A stretch of 64,000 nucleotides of DNA from a virus (IMGVR_UViG_3300043399_000676); one strand, 5' to 3'. Shown: positions 10,117 to 19,499, numbered from the stretch's first letter. Numbers and translations: made by a program. The notes: generated by a model from the letters alone, not told the origin.

Positions 10117-10410
10117 ATGAGTAGGTCTAAGACAAAAGTTATAATGGAGATGGTTGATAAAACAACGTACCAGTGTGATCAGATAGTGGAAGCACCTGGT
10201 ATTTGGGCGGTGACTTACGACGGTCAACCAATAAACCTAAAAAGACAACATTACTTAGACAGTAACTCTATTCCTACCTATAAAAAGACCAGTTTTAGTA
10301 ATCCAGGTCATGCCAGAAACTTGTGCAGAAAACTGAACAAACAGTTCAAGACTGATAAGTTTTCGGTAGTGTTCTACAGTTCAGGAACAAAGGTTTATCC
10401 AGATGAATGA
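10117..10410 (+). CDS. hypothetical protein
   Basis: Tight packing, 97 aa. Confidence 0.7.
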   Translation: MSRSKTKVIMEMVDKTTYQCDQIVEAPGIWAVTYDGQPINLKRQHYLDSNSIPTYKKTSFSNPGHARNLCRKLNKQFKTDKFSVVFYSSGTKVYPDE

Positions 10411-10801
10411 CTACATCCCATCTAAAAGTAAAATAACAGATATAGTACTCAAGCAACTTCCTCCCGACTACGTTGTTACAAAAGAGGATGCGATGAGGAA
10501 ATGGTGGTATTTTTGGAGAGCAGGTAGTGGACTGCGACTTACTGATTTGGGAGCCGCTGTCTTTACACTTGCGAATATAGAAGCAGTTAATTGCGATTTC
10601 AAAAACCCATCCAACAACGTCGAAGGATGGAATGCGATGATGCTGAAACTGAACAAAAAAATGCCATGTCCTTATTACATTTTTTGTGAAAATAGTTCAG
10701 GGGGTGTAAAGATTAGGCTTTATGATTCCAAAGTTGCAATGATGGTAACGTTATATGATGACGTTTTTAAATATATCGAGTTGCTAAAAATCAAAACGTA
10801 A
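10403..10801 (+). CDS. hypothetical protein
   Basis: Overlap-coupled ORF, 132 aa. Confidence 0.7.
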   Translation: MNDYIPSKSKITDIVLKQLPPDYVVTKEDAMRKWWYFWRAGSGLRLTDLGAAVFTLANIEAVNCDFKNPSNNVEGWNAMMLKLNKKMPCPYYIFCENSSGGVKIRLYDSKVAMMVTLYDDVFKYIELLKIKT

Positions 10802-10856
10802 CCTGTGATGATAAATAAAGTGTAGGCAACTACACTAACACACACAGGAAAACACA

Positions 10857-11048
10857 ATGATTAATATATTCTTACCCTTCATTACCTTGTTTGAACGCCT
10901 CGGATCTGCTAGAGGTTTCACATCAGAACTAGAAGATTACATCAATCGTCACAACCCAAAAAGTGGCATTGAAGTAGAAAAGTTAGAAAGAGAATTTGAT
11001 GAAAAAGTTAGGAATAACTTATACAACCGATTTTCTTGTTACTTCTAA
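10857..11048 (+). CDS. hypothetical protein
   Basis: TAAATA late promoter near 10812 and AGGA SD. Confidence 0.6.
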   Translation: MINIFLPFITLFERLGSARGFTSELEDYINRHNPKSGIEVEKLEREFDEKVRNNLYNRFSCYF

Positions 11049-11090
11049 TAGCTTGTTGTAAACTACACTCACACACATAGGAGACTTATC

Positions 11091-11360
11091 ATGACTGATT
11101 CAAAAAAACTAACTGCATTACCAGAAGTAAAATTCAACAAAAACGGCTATGAAATCAGAACAGAAATTCTGCACATGGCTAAAGATATCGTAGGCCAAGA
11201 CTTCCACTACAAATGGTTAGGGTGGGAAACTACAGTAGAACGAGACAAAGAAGGAAAAGTTGTTACTAAGGTTGAAATGCCTGAATTTCCTGGTCTCGAT
11301 AAAGTACTAGAAACCGCAGAAAAGATGTACGCCTTTGTAACTGCTGGTAACAAAAAGTAA
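11091..11360 (+). CDS. hypothetical protein
   Basis: AGGAG SD; followed by a hairpin. Confidence 0.7.
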   Translation: MTDSKKLTALPEVKFNKNGYEIRTEILHMAKDIVGQDFHYKWLGWETTVERDKEGKVVTKVEMPEFPGLDKVLETAEKMYAFVTAGNKK

Positions 11361-11375
11361 CCTAAAACAAAATTT

Positions 11376-11401
11376 AGGAATGGGTATTTATACCCATTCC
11401 T
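11376..11401 (+). terminator. hairpin, putative terminator
   Basis: AGGAATGGGTA-TTTA-TACCCATTCCT perfect inverted repeat; no clear U-tract on +. Confidence 0.45.
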
Positions 11402-11419
11402 CCTATCACAAGGCGCTCC

Positions 11420-11593
11420 ATGGAGAATACCTACAAGTATGCCGACTTCAACGAATGGTTCAATGAAAGAGAGTTCATCACTTTTAGGTCTGAACGATTC
11501 TACGTTGACCTAAATATGTTTCCTCCTAGTCGCATCGTTCAATGGCTGGAGGCGGCATTCACCGCAGGAAGAGAAAATTCGGTTGACAAATAG
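11420..11593 (+). CDS. hypothetical protein (57 aa)
   Basis: MENTYKYADFNEWF...; AAGG SD; ends inside the next promoter. Confidence 0.55.
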   Translation: MENTYKYADFNEWFNEREFITFRSERFYVDLNMFPPSRIVQWLEAAFTAGRENSVDK

Positions 11594-11611
11594 TCCAAAG
11601 TTTGCTATAAT
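11583..11611 (+). promoter_or_regulatory. sigma70-type early promoter
   Basis: TTGACA-17 nt-TATAAT. Confidence 0.8.
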
Positions 11612-11637
11612 TTTACATAGTCGATAGTGAGGAATCC

Positions 11638-11784
11638 ATGAAAGCAATCGTTTGGTATGATCGTTCTATTCGTCTGTGGACTGCTATCTACGTTGACGAG
11701 AACGAATTCCAAGTCGGGAATGCTGGTTACGGTACTTCCAAAGCTGAGGCCCTCAGAGACGTAGAATATCAGTCTAAAATCTAA
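11638..11784 (+). CDS. small hypothetical early protein (48 aa)
   Basis: GAGGA SD; MKAIVWYDRSIRLW... Confidence 0.55.
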   Translation: MKAIVWYDRSIRLWTAIYVDENEFQVGNAGYGTSKAEALRDVEYQSKI

Positions 11785-11793
11785 GGAGTAAGA

Positions 11794-12003
11794 ATGGCAA
11801 CGAGAGCTAAAGCTACACCTACCGAGCAGTCCCTGCGTGTCAACCTGCAGGCACTGTATGAAGAACTTATCTCCCTGAATAAGGTTCGTAGTCAGGGAAA
11901 GCCCAAGGACATCGAAAAACGTGAAAAGAGGATTGCTCAACTGAACGTCGAAACCCGCGACATTGAGCATGCCTTGGCTACAAAAACGGTTGACAAAAAG
12001 TAA
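11794..12003 (+). CDS. hypothetical early protein
   Basis: AAGGAG SD; coiled-coil-like. Confidence 0.65.
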   Translation: MATRAKATPTEQSLRVNLQALYEELISLNKVRSQGKPKDIEKREKRIAQLNVETRDIEHALATKTVDKK

Positions 12004-12049
12004 TTTCGGGCGTATAATAGCTTTATACACTGAAAAAACGGAGAATCAA
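11986..12049 (+). repeat. early promoter/stem-loop/SD cassette (PeSL-like), copy 1
   Basis: CGGTTGACAAAAAGTAATTT...GTATAATAGCTTTATACACTGAAAAAACGGAGAA; near-identical to 12256-12320. Confidence 0.85.
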
Positions 12050-12250
12050 ATGGCTAAACGTAAAGAACGCTTCTCTGATCTTTCCAAATGGTTTCAGGAA
12101 GCAGAAAAAACTCAACTCCTTACTGAAGAAGGACCTTCGGTTGGTTGGGTCAACGCAATCGACAGTCGTGGCAACATCGTTGGGCAGTGGTTGCCTGACG
12201 CAGAATGTCGTGCATTTGGCGTCAAAGTTAATGGCTGGATGTTTGTTTAA
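12050..12250 (+). CDS. hypothetical early protein
   Basis: Directly after the cassette SD (GGAG). Confidence 0.65.
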   Translation: MAKRKERFSDLSKWFQEAEKTQLLTEEGPSVGWVNAIDSRGNIVGQWLPDAECRAFGVKVNGWMFV

Positions 12251-12255
12251 CAAAA

Positions 12256-12320
12256 ACGGTTGACAAAAAGTAATTTTGAGTGTATAATAGCTTCATACAC
12301 TGAGAAAACGGAGAAGTAAA
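12256..12320 (+). repeat. early promoter/stem-loop/SD cassette (PeSL-like), copy 2
   Basis: TTGACA-17-TATAAT with GTGTATAA..TCATACAC inverted repeat and GGAG SD. Confidence 0.85.
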
Positions 12321-12959
12321 ATGGCTCGTATCAAGAAGGTTGCTCTGAACATCGACCCTTCGATTGCTTGGGCTGCTGCTGTGGCTGCTCATCGCATCAA
12401 CGATGGTTATCTGAAGTTCATCGAACCTGGTAAAAATGACGAGACCAATCGTCAGATTATGGAGCGCCTGATCGCTTCGCCCGAACAGCTCACCGACGAG
12501 GACAAGGAAGTCGGCGAAGAAGTTCGTAGCTACTTCAAGGGCCTGATGTTCCAAATCATTTCGGGCAAGAAGCTGAACGACTTCCTCAATACCGCACTCA
12601 CGATTGCCAATCGTGATGTCATCGATGACAAGTTCGACATTGCCGTCATCGCGTCCCTGCCCCAGTCTTACGAAAAGGCTAAGGCTATGGATAACGCTAT
12701 GAGCAAAATTCGTTTTGCTTCGGGCGGGTATGCTGGTGCAGTGGGCGAAAAGATCACTTGCAACGTGGAAATTCTGAAAGTCATTTTCAGCCAGCGTTGG
12801 AACTCGTTTGTCGTGAATGCGATCAACGATCAAGAACAAGCCCTGTTTTTCTTCACCGGTAAGGGTCAGTTCAGCGTCGGCCAAAAGATTAAAATTCAAG
12901 GGAAGGTCAAGTCGCATCGTGACAATCAAACCCAACTCAACTATGTGAAAGTGGTCTAA
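12321..12959 (+). CDS. hypothetical protein with possible C-terminal OB-fold
   Basis: Beta-rich C-terminus (VGQKIKIQGKVKSH...TQLNYVK). Confidence 0.6.
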   Translation: MARIKKVALNIDPSIAWAAAVAAHRINDGYLKFIEPGKNDETNRQIMERLIASPEQLTDEDKEVGEEVRSYFKGLMFQIISGKKLNDFLNTALTIANRDVIDDKFDIAVIASLPQSYEKAKAMDNAMSKIRFASGGYAGAVGEKITCNVEILKVIFSQRWNSFVVNAINDQEQALFFFTGKGQFSVGQKIKIQGKVKSHRDNQTQLNYVKVV

Positions 12960-13279
12960 TGCTCGGCTTTCGCACTTACCGAGAGTTTATCCGTGTTCAT
13001 GAATTTGCAAATAAACTGGGGTTTAACTTTGGATACCCCAAACACGGATACGACCAAGAAATGATTACGCTGTATCCTCTTGATCAAGAAAACCTCCCTA
13101 TCTTCTCTAGGGATGCTAGCTTGTTTACTGGCGATTTGGAGGCAGTTGACAACTTCCTCAGAGGGGTAGAGTGGGCTAGGAACTATGATAGAATGCTCGG
13201 CTTGTCGGATGACAAGAAACGAGAACGCAAAGAGCAGGACCATCGTAATCGAGAACTGGCAAATACGCTGAAAAAATAA
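12959..13279 (+). CDS. hypothetical protein
   Basis: Coupled ORF. Confidence 0.65.
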   Translation: MLGFRTYREFIRVHEFANKLGFNFGYPKHGYDQEMITLYPLDQENLPIFSRDASLFTGDLEAVDNFLRGVEWARNYDRMLGLSDDKKRERKEQDHRNRELANTLKK

Positions 13280-13280
13280 A

Positions 13281-13598
13281 ATGAAAGTTATTGCAAAAAT
13301 TGACATCAACCGTGTACTATGCGAAGTGTCTATGGATGAACTTGCTTTTTTGAATGGATTTCAAAGTCCATTCAGTAACGGGTTCAACAGGGAAAACGCA
13401 AGCAAGGTTAATGCTGAGTGTAATCTAGTCAAAATGGTCAATACTAGCAAGTTTGTGAGGAGTTTGCGTCCTAAAACTATAGAAAGCACAAAACGTGCGT
13501 TAGAGCAGGCCATCAAAGAGTTGGATCAAGCCGCTGAAATAATTTCTGAAACAGAAGTCTTTGCAATTCTTAAAGACTCTGATAACCTAATTGAGTGA
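13281..13598 (+). CDS. hypothetical protein
   Basis: Coupled ORF. Confidence 0.65.
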   Translation: MKVIAKIDINRVLCEVSMDELAFLNGFQSPFSNGFNRENASKVNAECNLVKMVNTSKFVRSLRPKTIESTKRALEQAIKELDQAAEIISETEVFAILKDSDNLIE

Positions 13599-13610
13599 CA
13601 AGGAAAAAAT

Positions 13611-14945
13611 ATGAGTGCATCGTGGATTAACAAACTGAACGAATCTGACAGCCGACTTCATAAAGAGGATGTACTGAAGCAGGCTCTTACTGCCGCAAAC
13701 GTAGGCAGTACTAATGCAAAGACCTTCTTGGAACTGACTAAGGCTTGCTACAATCCCTTCTTGACGTTTGGAGTCAAACAGATTCCTGAGACTATCGGAA
13801 TCGTGGATGCAGAAAATCCCTGGGAAGATTTCAATGATCTCCTTATCGAACTCCGTGATAGAAATCTTACGGGTAATTCTGCCCGTGATGCAATTGCGGA
13901 AATGAGTGAACGCTTCGATAGTGAAGAGTGGAACAAATTCTGCGCCGCGGTACTTCGTCGGGATCTTCGTGCGGGCATTTCGGATAAGACTATCAACAAA
14001 GTTTGCAAAAAGACTGAATATGAGGTTCCTATCTTTGCTTGTCAGCTTGCTACTAATAGTGAGGGCAGGCCCGAAATGAAGGGGACTAAACGTCTTGAAC
14101 CGAAGCTAGATGGTGTTCGTGTTCTGATGACCATTGTTCCTTCAGACTCAGGAGTGTCCGTTACCAGCTTTTCTAGGAACGGAAAGATTTTTGAGAACTT
14201 CACTCATATCGAGGAGCAAATTGCTGACAACTGGGTAAAGATGATTCGTGGCGCTAAGTCCACTGCTCTTATCGGTGGATTTGTTCTCGACGGAGAGGTT
14301 ATCGGAAATACGTTCCAAGAACTTATGCGGCAGGCTCGTCGCAAAGAAAATGTTCAAGCAGACGATTCTGTATTCAACGTGTTTGATATCATCCCGCTAA
14401 CTGATTTTCGACGCGGATTCTGGAACGCTCAACTTAGCAAAAGGGTAGAACTCTTGGAGTCTCTACGTCCTATTATCGATACTATGGCAAACGTCGAACT
14501 TCTTCCTCACATCATGGTTGATCTTAGTACCGCTGCAGGCCAAGATCAAATGCATCGTTATGCTAAAGATCAGGTTAATGCAGGGTTCGAAGGTATTATG
14601 ATCAAGGATGTTAATTCACCCTATGAGTGCAAACGTAATACTTTTTGGATGAAGTGGAAGCCGACTATTACAGTTGATCTGGAGGTGGTAGGTGTTGAAG
14701 AGGGCACTGGGCGTAACAAAGGTCGGCTAGGAGCATTGATTTGCAATGGAGTGGACGATGGTAAGGAAATTACTGTAAACGTAGGTAGTGGTTTTAGTGA
14801 TGAAGATCGTGATTCCTACTGGAAAGACAGTCAGTATGTGATTGGCAAAACTGCGGAAATTCTCTGCGATGTGATTACGCAGAATCAGGATGGGACTTAT
14901 AGCCTTCGTTTCCCTCGATTTGTTCGATTCCGTGATGACAAATAA
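13611..14945 (+). CDS. ATP-dependent DNA ligase
   Basis: EPKLDGVR (motif I), LDGE, FDII, EGIMIK, WMKWK, VGSGF and SLRFPRF motifs. Confidence 0.95.
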   Translation: MSASWINKLNESDSRLHKEDVLKQALTAANVGSTNAKTFLELTKACYNPFLTFGVKQIPETIGIVDAENPWEDFNDLLIELRDRNLTGNSARDAIAEMSERFDSEEWNKFCAAVLRRDLRAGISDKTINKVCKKTEYEVPIFACQLATNSEGRPEMKGTKRLEPKLDGVRVLMTIVPSDSGVSVTSFSRNGKIFENFTHIEEQIADNWVKMIRGAKSTALIGGFVLDGEVIGNTFQELMRQARRKENVQADDSVFNVFDIIPLTDFRRGFWNAQLSKRVELLESLRPIIDTMANVELLPHIMVDLSTAAGQDQMHRYAKDQVNAGFEGIMIKDVNSPYECKRNTFWMKWKPTITVDLEVVGVEEGTGRNKGRLGALICNGVDDGKEITVNVGSGFSDEDRDSYWKDSQYVIGKTAEILCDVITQNQDGTYSLRFPRFVRFRDDK

Positions 14946-14956
14946 GGAGAGTCTAA

Positions 14957-15232
14957 ATGATTAAAGTTATGAAGCATGAGTGGCATAGTGTAGATAGTCA
15001 ATTCATTCTAGAATTCACTGAGGATCTTCTTAGTGAAATTTACCCTGAATCTTCTGATGAAGAAATCAAGGAGCTGATTGAAAATCTCAAAAGCGGAGAA
15101 GTTGACATTGAAACGGTAATTGAGGATGCAATGGAAAATGACATTGACCTAGAATGGGATCGTGAATATGATGACTGGTACACTGACCGAAAAGGTGGTT
15201 ATGAAGTTACATATGATGTATTGGAAGATTAA
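14957..15232 (+). CDS. acidic hypothetical protein
   Basis: AAGGAG SD; very D/E-rich. Confidence 0.7.
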   Translation: MIKVMKHEWHSVDSQFILEFTEDLLSEIYPESSDEEIKELIENLKSGEVDIETVIEDAMENDIDLEWDREYDDWYTDRKGGYEVTYDVLED

Positions 15233-15439
15233 ATGACCGATCTGATAGGAAAAACGTACACGTTTGATGATGGCAGTGAGCTTTCCGTCCTTCAGATAAA
15301 ATCAAAGGAAATCGACAACGAAACGGTTCAACTAGTCACTTACACACAACGGCAAGGACCAAGTCTCCCTAGGAAGTTTGTTCTACCACTTGAGACGTTT
15401 TTAACTCAATTCGGGCACCTGTTTGATGTAAAATCTTGA
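15233..15439 (+). CDS. hypothetical protein
   Basis: Coupled ORF. Confidence 0.6.
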   Translation: MTDLIGKTYTFDDGSELSVLQIKSKEIDNETVQLVTYTQRQGPSLPRKFVLPLETFLTQFGHLFDVKS

Positions 15440-15733
15440 TTTCCGATAAATATCTAAACACAAGGGAGGTGTTGTTGTGTTTAGATATATTTCTTGGAAA
15501 TGGAAAAACAGTAGAAGGTGGGAGCGTAGAAATATCCTATGGACTGCACTCTTCATTATAACACTTCCACTACATTCAATGCTATTGTCTGTCATTGCAG
15601 GAGGATTATTAATAGTAGACGCTATATTTTCAGCCTGCGTTGACTCTTATTATAACTATAAACGTTCTATCAATTCTAGTGTATCTTGGAAAAGGCGGGA
15701 TATGTAAAATTTGAGTAGGTCGGCGATAAATAT

Positions 15734-17149
15734 TTGATGCTTAAAATAAATCTCTCAAATTTCACTTTATTCGTCGCACTTGCTTTAAGTACTGTCGCAG
15801 CCTATTACAGTATAATAGGCTTAACCGCAATATTTGCCGGTGCTGTGATTCCCATCATCATAATGGGTTCTATCTTAGAAGTTACTAAGATAACAACTTC
15901 AGTGTGGTTAAGAAAGTATTGGGAAAGGTGCAGCTGGAAACTAAAGGCATACTTGATCCCAGCCGTAGTAGCAATTGCGATCTTAACTAGCATGGGTATA
16001 TTTGGATTCCTAAGTAAGGCACACATGGAACAAGGTGCCCCTATAGGAGATATTGCAGCCAAAGTTGCCTTGTTTGATGAAAAAATAAAAACTCAAAAAG
16101 ACACAGTTGACTCTGCAAGAGCAGCACTCGCTCAAATGGATGCCCAAGTAAACAACGTAATGTCTAAAGGGGATTCAGAACGATCAGTCGAAAGAAGTGT
16201 TCAAATTAGAAGGCAGCAAGCAAAAGAAAGAGCGCAACTACAAGCTGAGATTGAACGGGCAAATGCGGAAATTGCTAAACTAAATGAAGAAAGGGCACCG
16301 ATCGCATCTGAACTAAGAAAAGTAGAACTTGAAGTTGGTCCAGTAAAGTATATTGCCGCATTGATATATGGGGACAATATTGACCAAAATCTGTTAGAAA
16401 AATCAGTCAGATGGGTCATTATTCTTCTAGTTCTAGTATTTGATCCTCTTGCAATCTCACTTGTGTTAGCAGCGAACCAAAGTAAAGAATGGGACAAAGA
16501 AGACTCATCCAAGAATTTACTCGACAAAGTTGAACCTACCGAACAACCAATACATGTTGCAGACAAAAAAGTCGAAGACAACTATTCAATTATACCGAAT
16601 CAGCCGGTTGAACCACTTACCGAATATAAACAAGAACCTGAACTGCCAAAAGAAAAAGAGTTCAGTCTCTCTGACTACCCATATCTCAGCAAACCTTGGG
16701 TAAAATTTCCCAGTAGGCCTGAACCTATTTTTAGGGAAAACAAAGAAGAGCTATTCGATACAGGGAGTGATATAATACAAGCAGAGGATCACTCTGACAA
16801 CGTAACAAAGGAAGTGGTTATTGAAACTGAGGGTGTAACAGAAAAACTTTGCCATATTTTACCGGAATCTGATTACGTTGAACGGAACGGAAAACAAATG
16901 CATAAGCAAGTTTTCGTAAGTATGTTCCCTGAGTTAAAACTAAATGCTGAAGATTTGGGATCCCCGAGAGCAGACTTTGGAACTAAGTTTCCTGAGTTTG
17001 CATTCGAAGGAGACATATTCGTAAGAGTAGATACGATGCCAAATAAGATTTTTAGGTTCAACGGAAAATCTTGGATAGAAGTAGATAAAGAAAGTGACTT
17101 AACAGAAATAGAAAAAAACTTGATGGGCGCAAGAGAAACTAAAAAATAG
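15734..17149 (+). CDS. membrane-anchored coiled-coil protein
   Basis: N-terminal TM helices, a long coiled coil and a further TM segment; late TAAATA promoter upstream. Confidence 0.75.
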   Translation: MMLKINLSNFTLFVALALSTVAAYYSIIGLTAIFAGAVIPIIIMGSILEVTKITTSVWLRKYWERCSWKLKAYLIPAVVAIAILTSMGIFGFLSKAHMEQGAPIGDIAAKVALFDEKIKTQKDTVDSARAALAQMDAQVNNVMSKGDSERSVERSVQIRRQQAKERAQLQAEIERANAEIAKLNEERAPIASELRKVELEVGPVKYIAALIYGDNIDQNLLEKSVRWVIILLVLVFDPLAISLVLAANQSKEWDKEDSSKNLLDKVEPTEQPIHVADKKVEDNYSIIPNQPVEPLTEYKQEPELPKEKEFSLSDYPYLSKPWVKFPSRPEPIFRENKEELFDTGSDIIQAEDHSDNVTKEVVIETEGVTEKLCHILPESDYVERNGKQMHKQVFVSMFPELKLNAEDLGSPRADFGTKFPEFAFEGDIFVRVDTMPNKIFRFNGKSWIEVDKESDLTEIEKNLMGARETKK

Positions 17150-17200
17150 ACTAATACTAACTAAACGTAAAGTCTAAATAATTTAATAAGGATTTTCGCT

Positions 17201-17485
17201 ATGTCTAAAGCTGCATGTGAAGTAAGAATCGAAGATGAATTTGAAGATTGGCAATATGAAAAAAGCGGAAACCAATCACAAACCTTTATAGAAAATGAAA
17301 TCTTTCCTAAACTAGAAGCATTTGACTTTGATAACAAAGATGAAAATTATGTCAAAGGCACTGCTCACTTTGTACTGTTTATGGAACTATTGCCAAAGTT
17401 AGGTCAATTAGGTTACACAGTGGAAGACCTGACAGAGTACATTCAGGACCTTATAGAAACAGGGAATAACATAGTCTTACATTAA
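17201..17485 (+). CDS. hypothetical protein
   Basis: AAGGA SD and TAAATA upstream. Confidence 0.65.
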   Translation: MSKAACEVRIEDEFEDWQYEKSGNQSQTFIENEIFPKLEAFDFDNKDENYVKGTAHFVLFMELLPKLGQLGYTVEDLTEYIQDLIETGNNIVLH

Positions 17486-17486
17486 A

Positions 17487-17942
17487 GTGCAAGTTGCGTT
17501 CTTCTACCAGAACAATCAACATAGCTACAAAAAGGAAATAGTGATTTCTGCGCTATGCAATGCTATTTCCACGTTCTTAGAATTACCTGACAAAATAGAT
17601 GTGTGTCTGTATCCTTTGAACAATGCGTACGGGGGTATTGACATCATACACGCAAACAGAATAGGAATTGATTTTGCGTTAACCTATGAAGAGCTGCCTA
17701 TCGTCTTGGCACATGAATTAATACATGTACATCAAAGAAAGACAGGAAAATTAAAAATAACACCATCTGGTAAATATTTTTGGAACAAAGTTTACTACAC
17801 AGACTCATTGCCCGATAAGTTAACTTTTGAGGAATACAAAAAGCTTCCATGGGAAGCAGAAGCATATGATACTCAAAAGGAAGTACTTTCGAAGGCAATT
17901 CAGATATTGTCATCTAAACACAACAAACAACATAACGAATGA
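17487..17942 (+). CDS. zincin-like metallopeptidase
   Basis: LAHELIHVHQ (HExxH) and downstream PWEAEA. Confidence 0.75.
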   Translation: MQVAFFYQNNQHSYKKEIVISALCNAISTFLELPDKIDVCLYPLNNAYGGIDIIHANRIGIDFALTYEELPIVLAHELIHVHQRKTGKLKITPSGKYFWNKVYYTDSLPDKLTFEEYKKLPWEAEAYDTQKEVLSKAIQILSSKHNKQHNE

Positions 17943-18244
17943 GCGTAAAGCACGAAATTACCGCTACGGTGTATGACAAGAAAGGTCGTATTCTGAGCGT
18001 AGGCAGGAACTCCTATACCAAAACTCACCCTTATCAAGCTGAAATGGCCAAAGCAGTAGGTCAGCCCGAAAAGCAATTTCTACACGCTGAGATAGATGCA
18101 CTGATCAAGTGCCGTGGAGAGCCCTACAAGATCAAAGTCGAGCGAGTCAATAAGCGAGGACAATTTAAACTAGCCAAACCCTGCCCTGTCTGTGAACTTG
18201 CCATCAAGAAAGCTGGTGTCAGGTTCGTGGAGTACTCGATCTAA
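17939..18244 (+). CDS. zinc-dependent deaminase-fold protein
   Basis: LHAEIDAL and KPCPVC motifs. Confidence 0.8.
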   Translation: MSVKHEITATVYDKKGRILSVGRNSYTKTHPYQAEMAKAVGQPEKQFLHAEIDALIKCRGEPYKIKVERVNKRGQFKLAKPCPVCELAIKKAGVRFVEYSI

Positions 18245-18292
18245 GAGTGTTGTTTTTATACAACACCTATTAATATAATTGGATCGATAGGA

Positions 18293-18321
18293 TTGACAAT
18301 AAAAGATTTTGGTGCTACAAT
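18293..18321 (+). promoter_or_regulatory. sigma70 promoter, duplicated at 18540-18568
   Basis: TTGACAATAAAAGATTTTGGTGCTA(C/T)AAT occurs twice. Confidence 0.75.
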
Positions 18322-18327
18322 ACTTGT

Positions 18328-18543
18328 ATGCTGAATAAAATTTTGAAGTGGTCGGGAATGTTCTCCGTCGTTTTGGGTGCTCTTTTTACGAGCCTCAGGA
18401 TCGATCCTGCGAACATTTGGTTGCTCAATTTGGGAGCGGGACTCTATTTGGTCTGGGCGTTGCGTATCAAAGAGTGGAATTTGGTGATCGTGAACGCGGT
18501 TTTGCTCGGAATTTATGCAGTTGGCCTGTTCGTAAAGGCTTGA
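18328..18543 (+). CDS. small membrane protein (apparently leaderless)
   Basis: Hydrophobic; ATG lies at the predicted TSS. Confidence 0.6.
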   Translation: MLNKILKWSGMFSVVLGALFTSLRIDPANIWLLNLGAGLYLVWALRIKEWNLVIVNAVLLGIYAVGLFVKA

Positions 18544-18598
18544 CAATAAAAGATTTTGGTGCTATAATACGTTTATAGTGAATCAAACGGAGCAACTG

Positions 18599-18784
18599 AT
18601 GTTCAACGACAATCAACTGGAACAACTTGAAGCTATCAGCGACCTGGCTGACATTTGTGCTTCCCTCCCCAAGCAGGATAACATCTTTGCGGGCAAGATG
18701 ATCCGCGCGTTTGACTACTACGGTAAGCTCACCGACAAGCAAATGGCTGTCGTTCAGGATATCCTGAAGAGGAATGCAGCCTAA
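18599..18784 (+). CDS. hypothetical early protein
   Basis: After promoter 18540-18568 and GGAG SD. Confidence 0.6.
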   Translation: MFNDNQLEQLEAISDLADICASLPKQDNIFAGKMIRAFDYYGKLTDKQMAVVQDILKRNAA

Positions 18785-18852
18785 CGAAAACGGTTGACAA
18801 TTAATAGATTCGGTGTTATAATATGGGTATAGTAAGACATCGGAAGCAAGAC

Positions 18853-19170
18853 ATGACCCGCAAAGTTCGCAGCGACCGCACGCATATCATCTACGTTATC
18901 ACTAACGTGCTGACGGAAGAACAGTACATTGGTCTGACTGCAAAGACTGGCACGACGGTCAAGCGTTCGCTTCATCGTCGGATGCAGAAGCACTTGCAAC
19001 GTGCGATGACTGAAGACAAGGGTTGGGGACTTTGTGAGTCTCTTCGATTCTTTGGCCCGGAAGCTTTTACGTATGGTGTCTTGGAGATTCTTCGTGGTAA
19101 GAAGGAAGCTCATGCCCGCGAGACTGAACTGATCAAAGAACTTAACCCTGCACTTAACACGTTCAAGTAA
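18853..19170 (+). CDS. GIY-YIG domain protein
   Basis: IIYVITNVLTEEQYIGLT...AHARETELI; promoter at 18794-18822. Confidence 0.75.
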   Translation: MTRKVRSDRTHIIYVITNVLTEEQYIGLTAKTGTTVKRSLHRRMQKHLQRAMTEDKGWGLCESLRFFGPEAFTYGVLEILRGKKEAHARETELIKELNPALNTFK

Positions 19171-19192
19171 GATAAATAGTTAAAGGAAAATC

Positions 19193-19351
19193 ATGAAGCA
19201 TAAGTTCACCTTTGAAGCCCCTCAAATCAAGCACCGCGCACACCGCGTCCTTTTTGAGGAAAATTCGCCTTTCAAACCGAAGTCGGTTCAGGCGAAAAAC
19301 AAGTACAAGCGTCGCCCGAAAAATAATCGGGATGTTACTTTTTGGTTGTGA
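19193..19351 (+). CDS. small basic protein, ArfA-like (52 aa; not in ORF track)
   Basis: AAGGA SD and TAAATA upstream; VLFEENSPFKPKSVQAKNKYKRRPKN. Confidence 0.5.
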   Translation: MKHKFTFEAPQIKHRAHRVLFEENSPFKPKSVQAKNKYKRRPKNNRDVTFWL

Positions 19352-19352
19352 T

Positions 19353-19499
19353 ATGAACACTTACTGGGCATTCGTAAAAACAGGTGTCGGGTCATTTATC
19401 AAAGTGACTATCCAAGCTCCTAATCTATATGCAGCATCCGAAATGCTTAAGGCATTGTACGGAAAACAACTCATTTCTTCCCCCACCCTTCAATCTTGA
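19353..19499 (+). CDS. small hypothetical protein
   Basis: MNTYWAFVK..., coupled to the previous ORF. Confidence 0.5.
   Translation: MNTYWAFVKTGVGSFIKVTIQAPNLYAASEMLKALYGKQLISSPTLQS

Noticed and set aside
12228-12935. Long antisense ORFs (also 39103..39678, 40324..40896, 19547..20032)
   Set aside because: They are shadows of well-supported opposite-strand genes that have an SD and promoter
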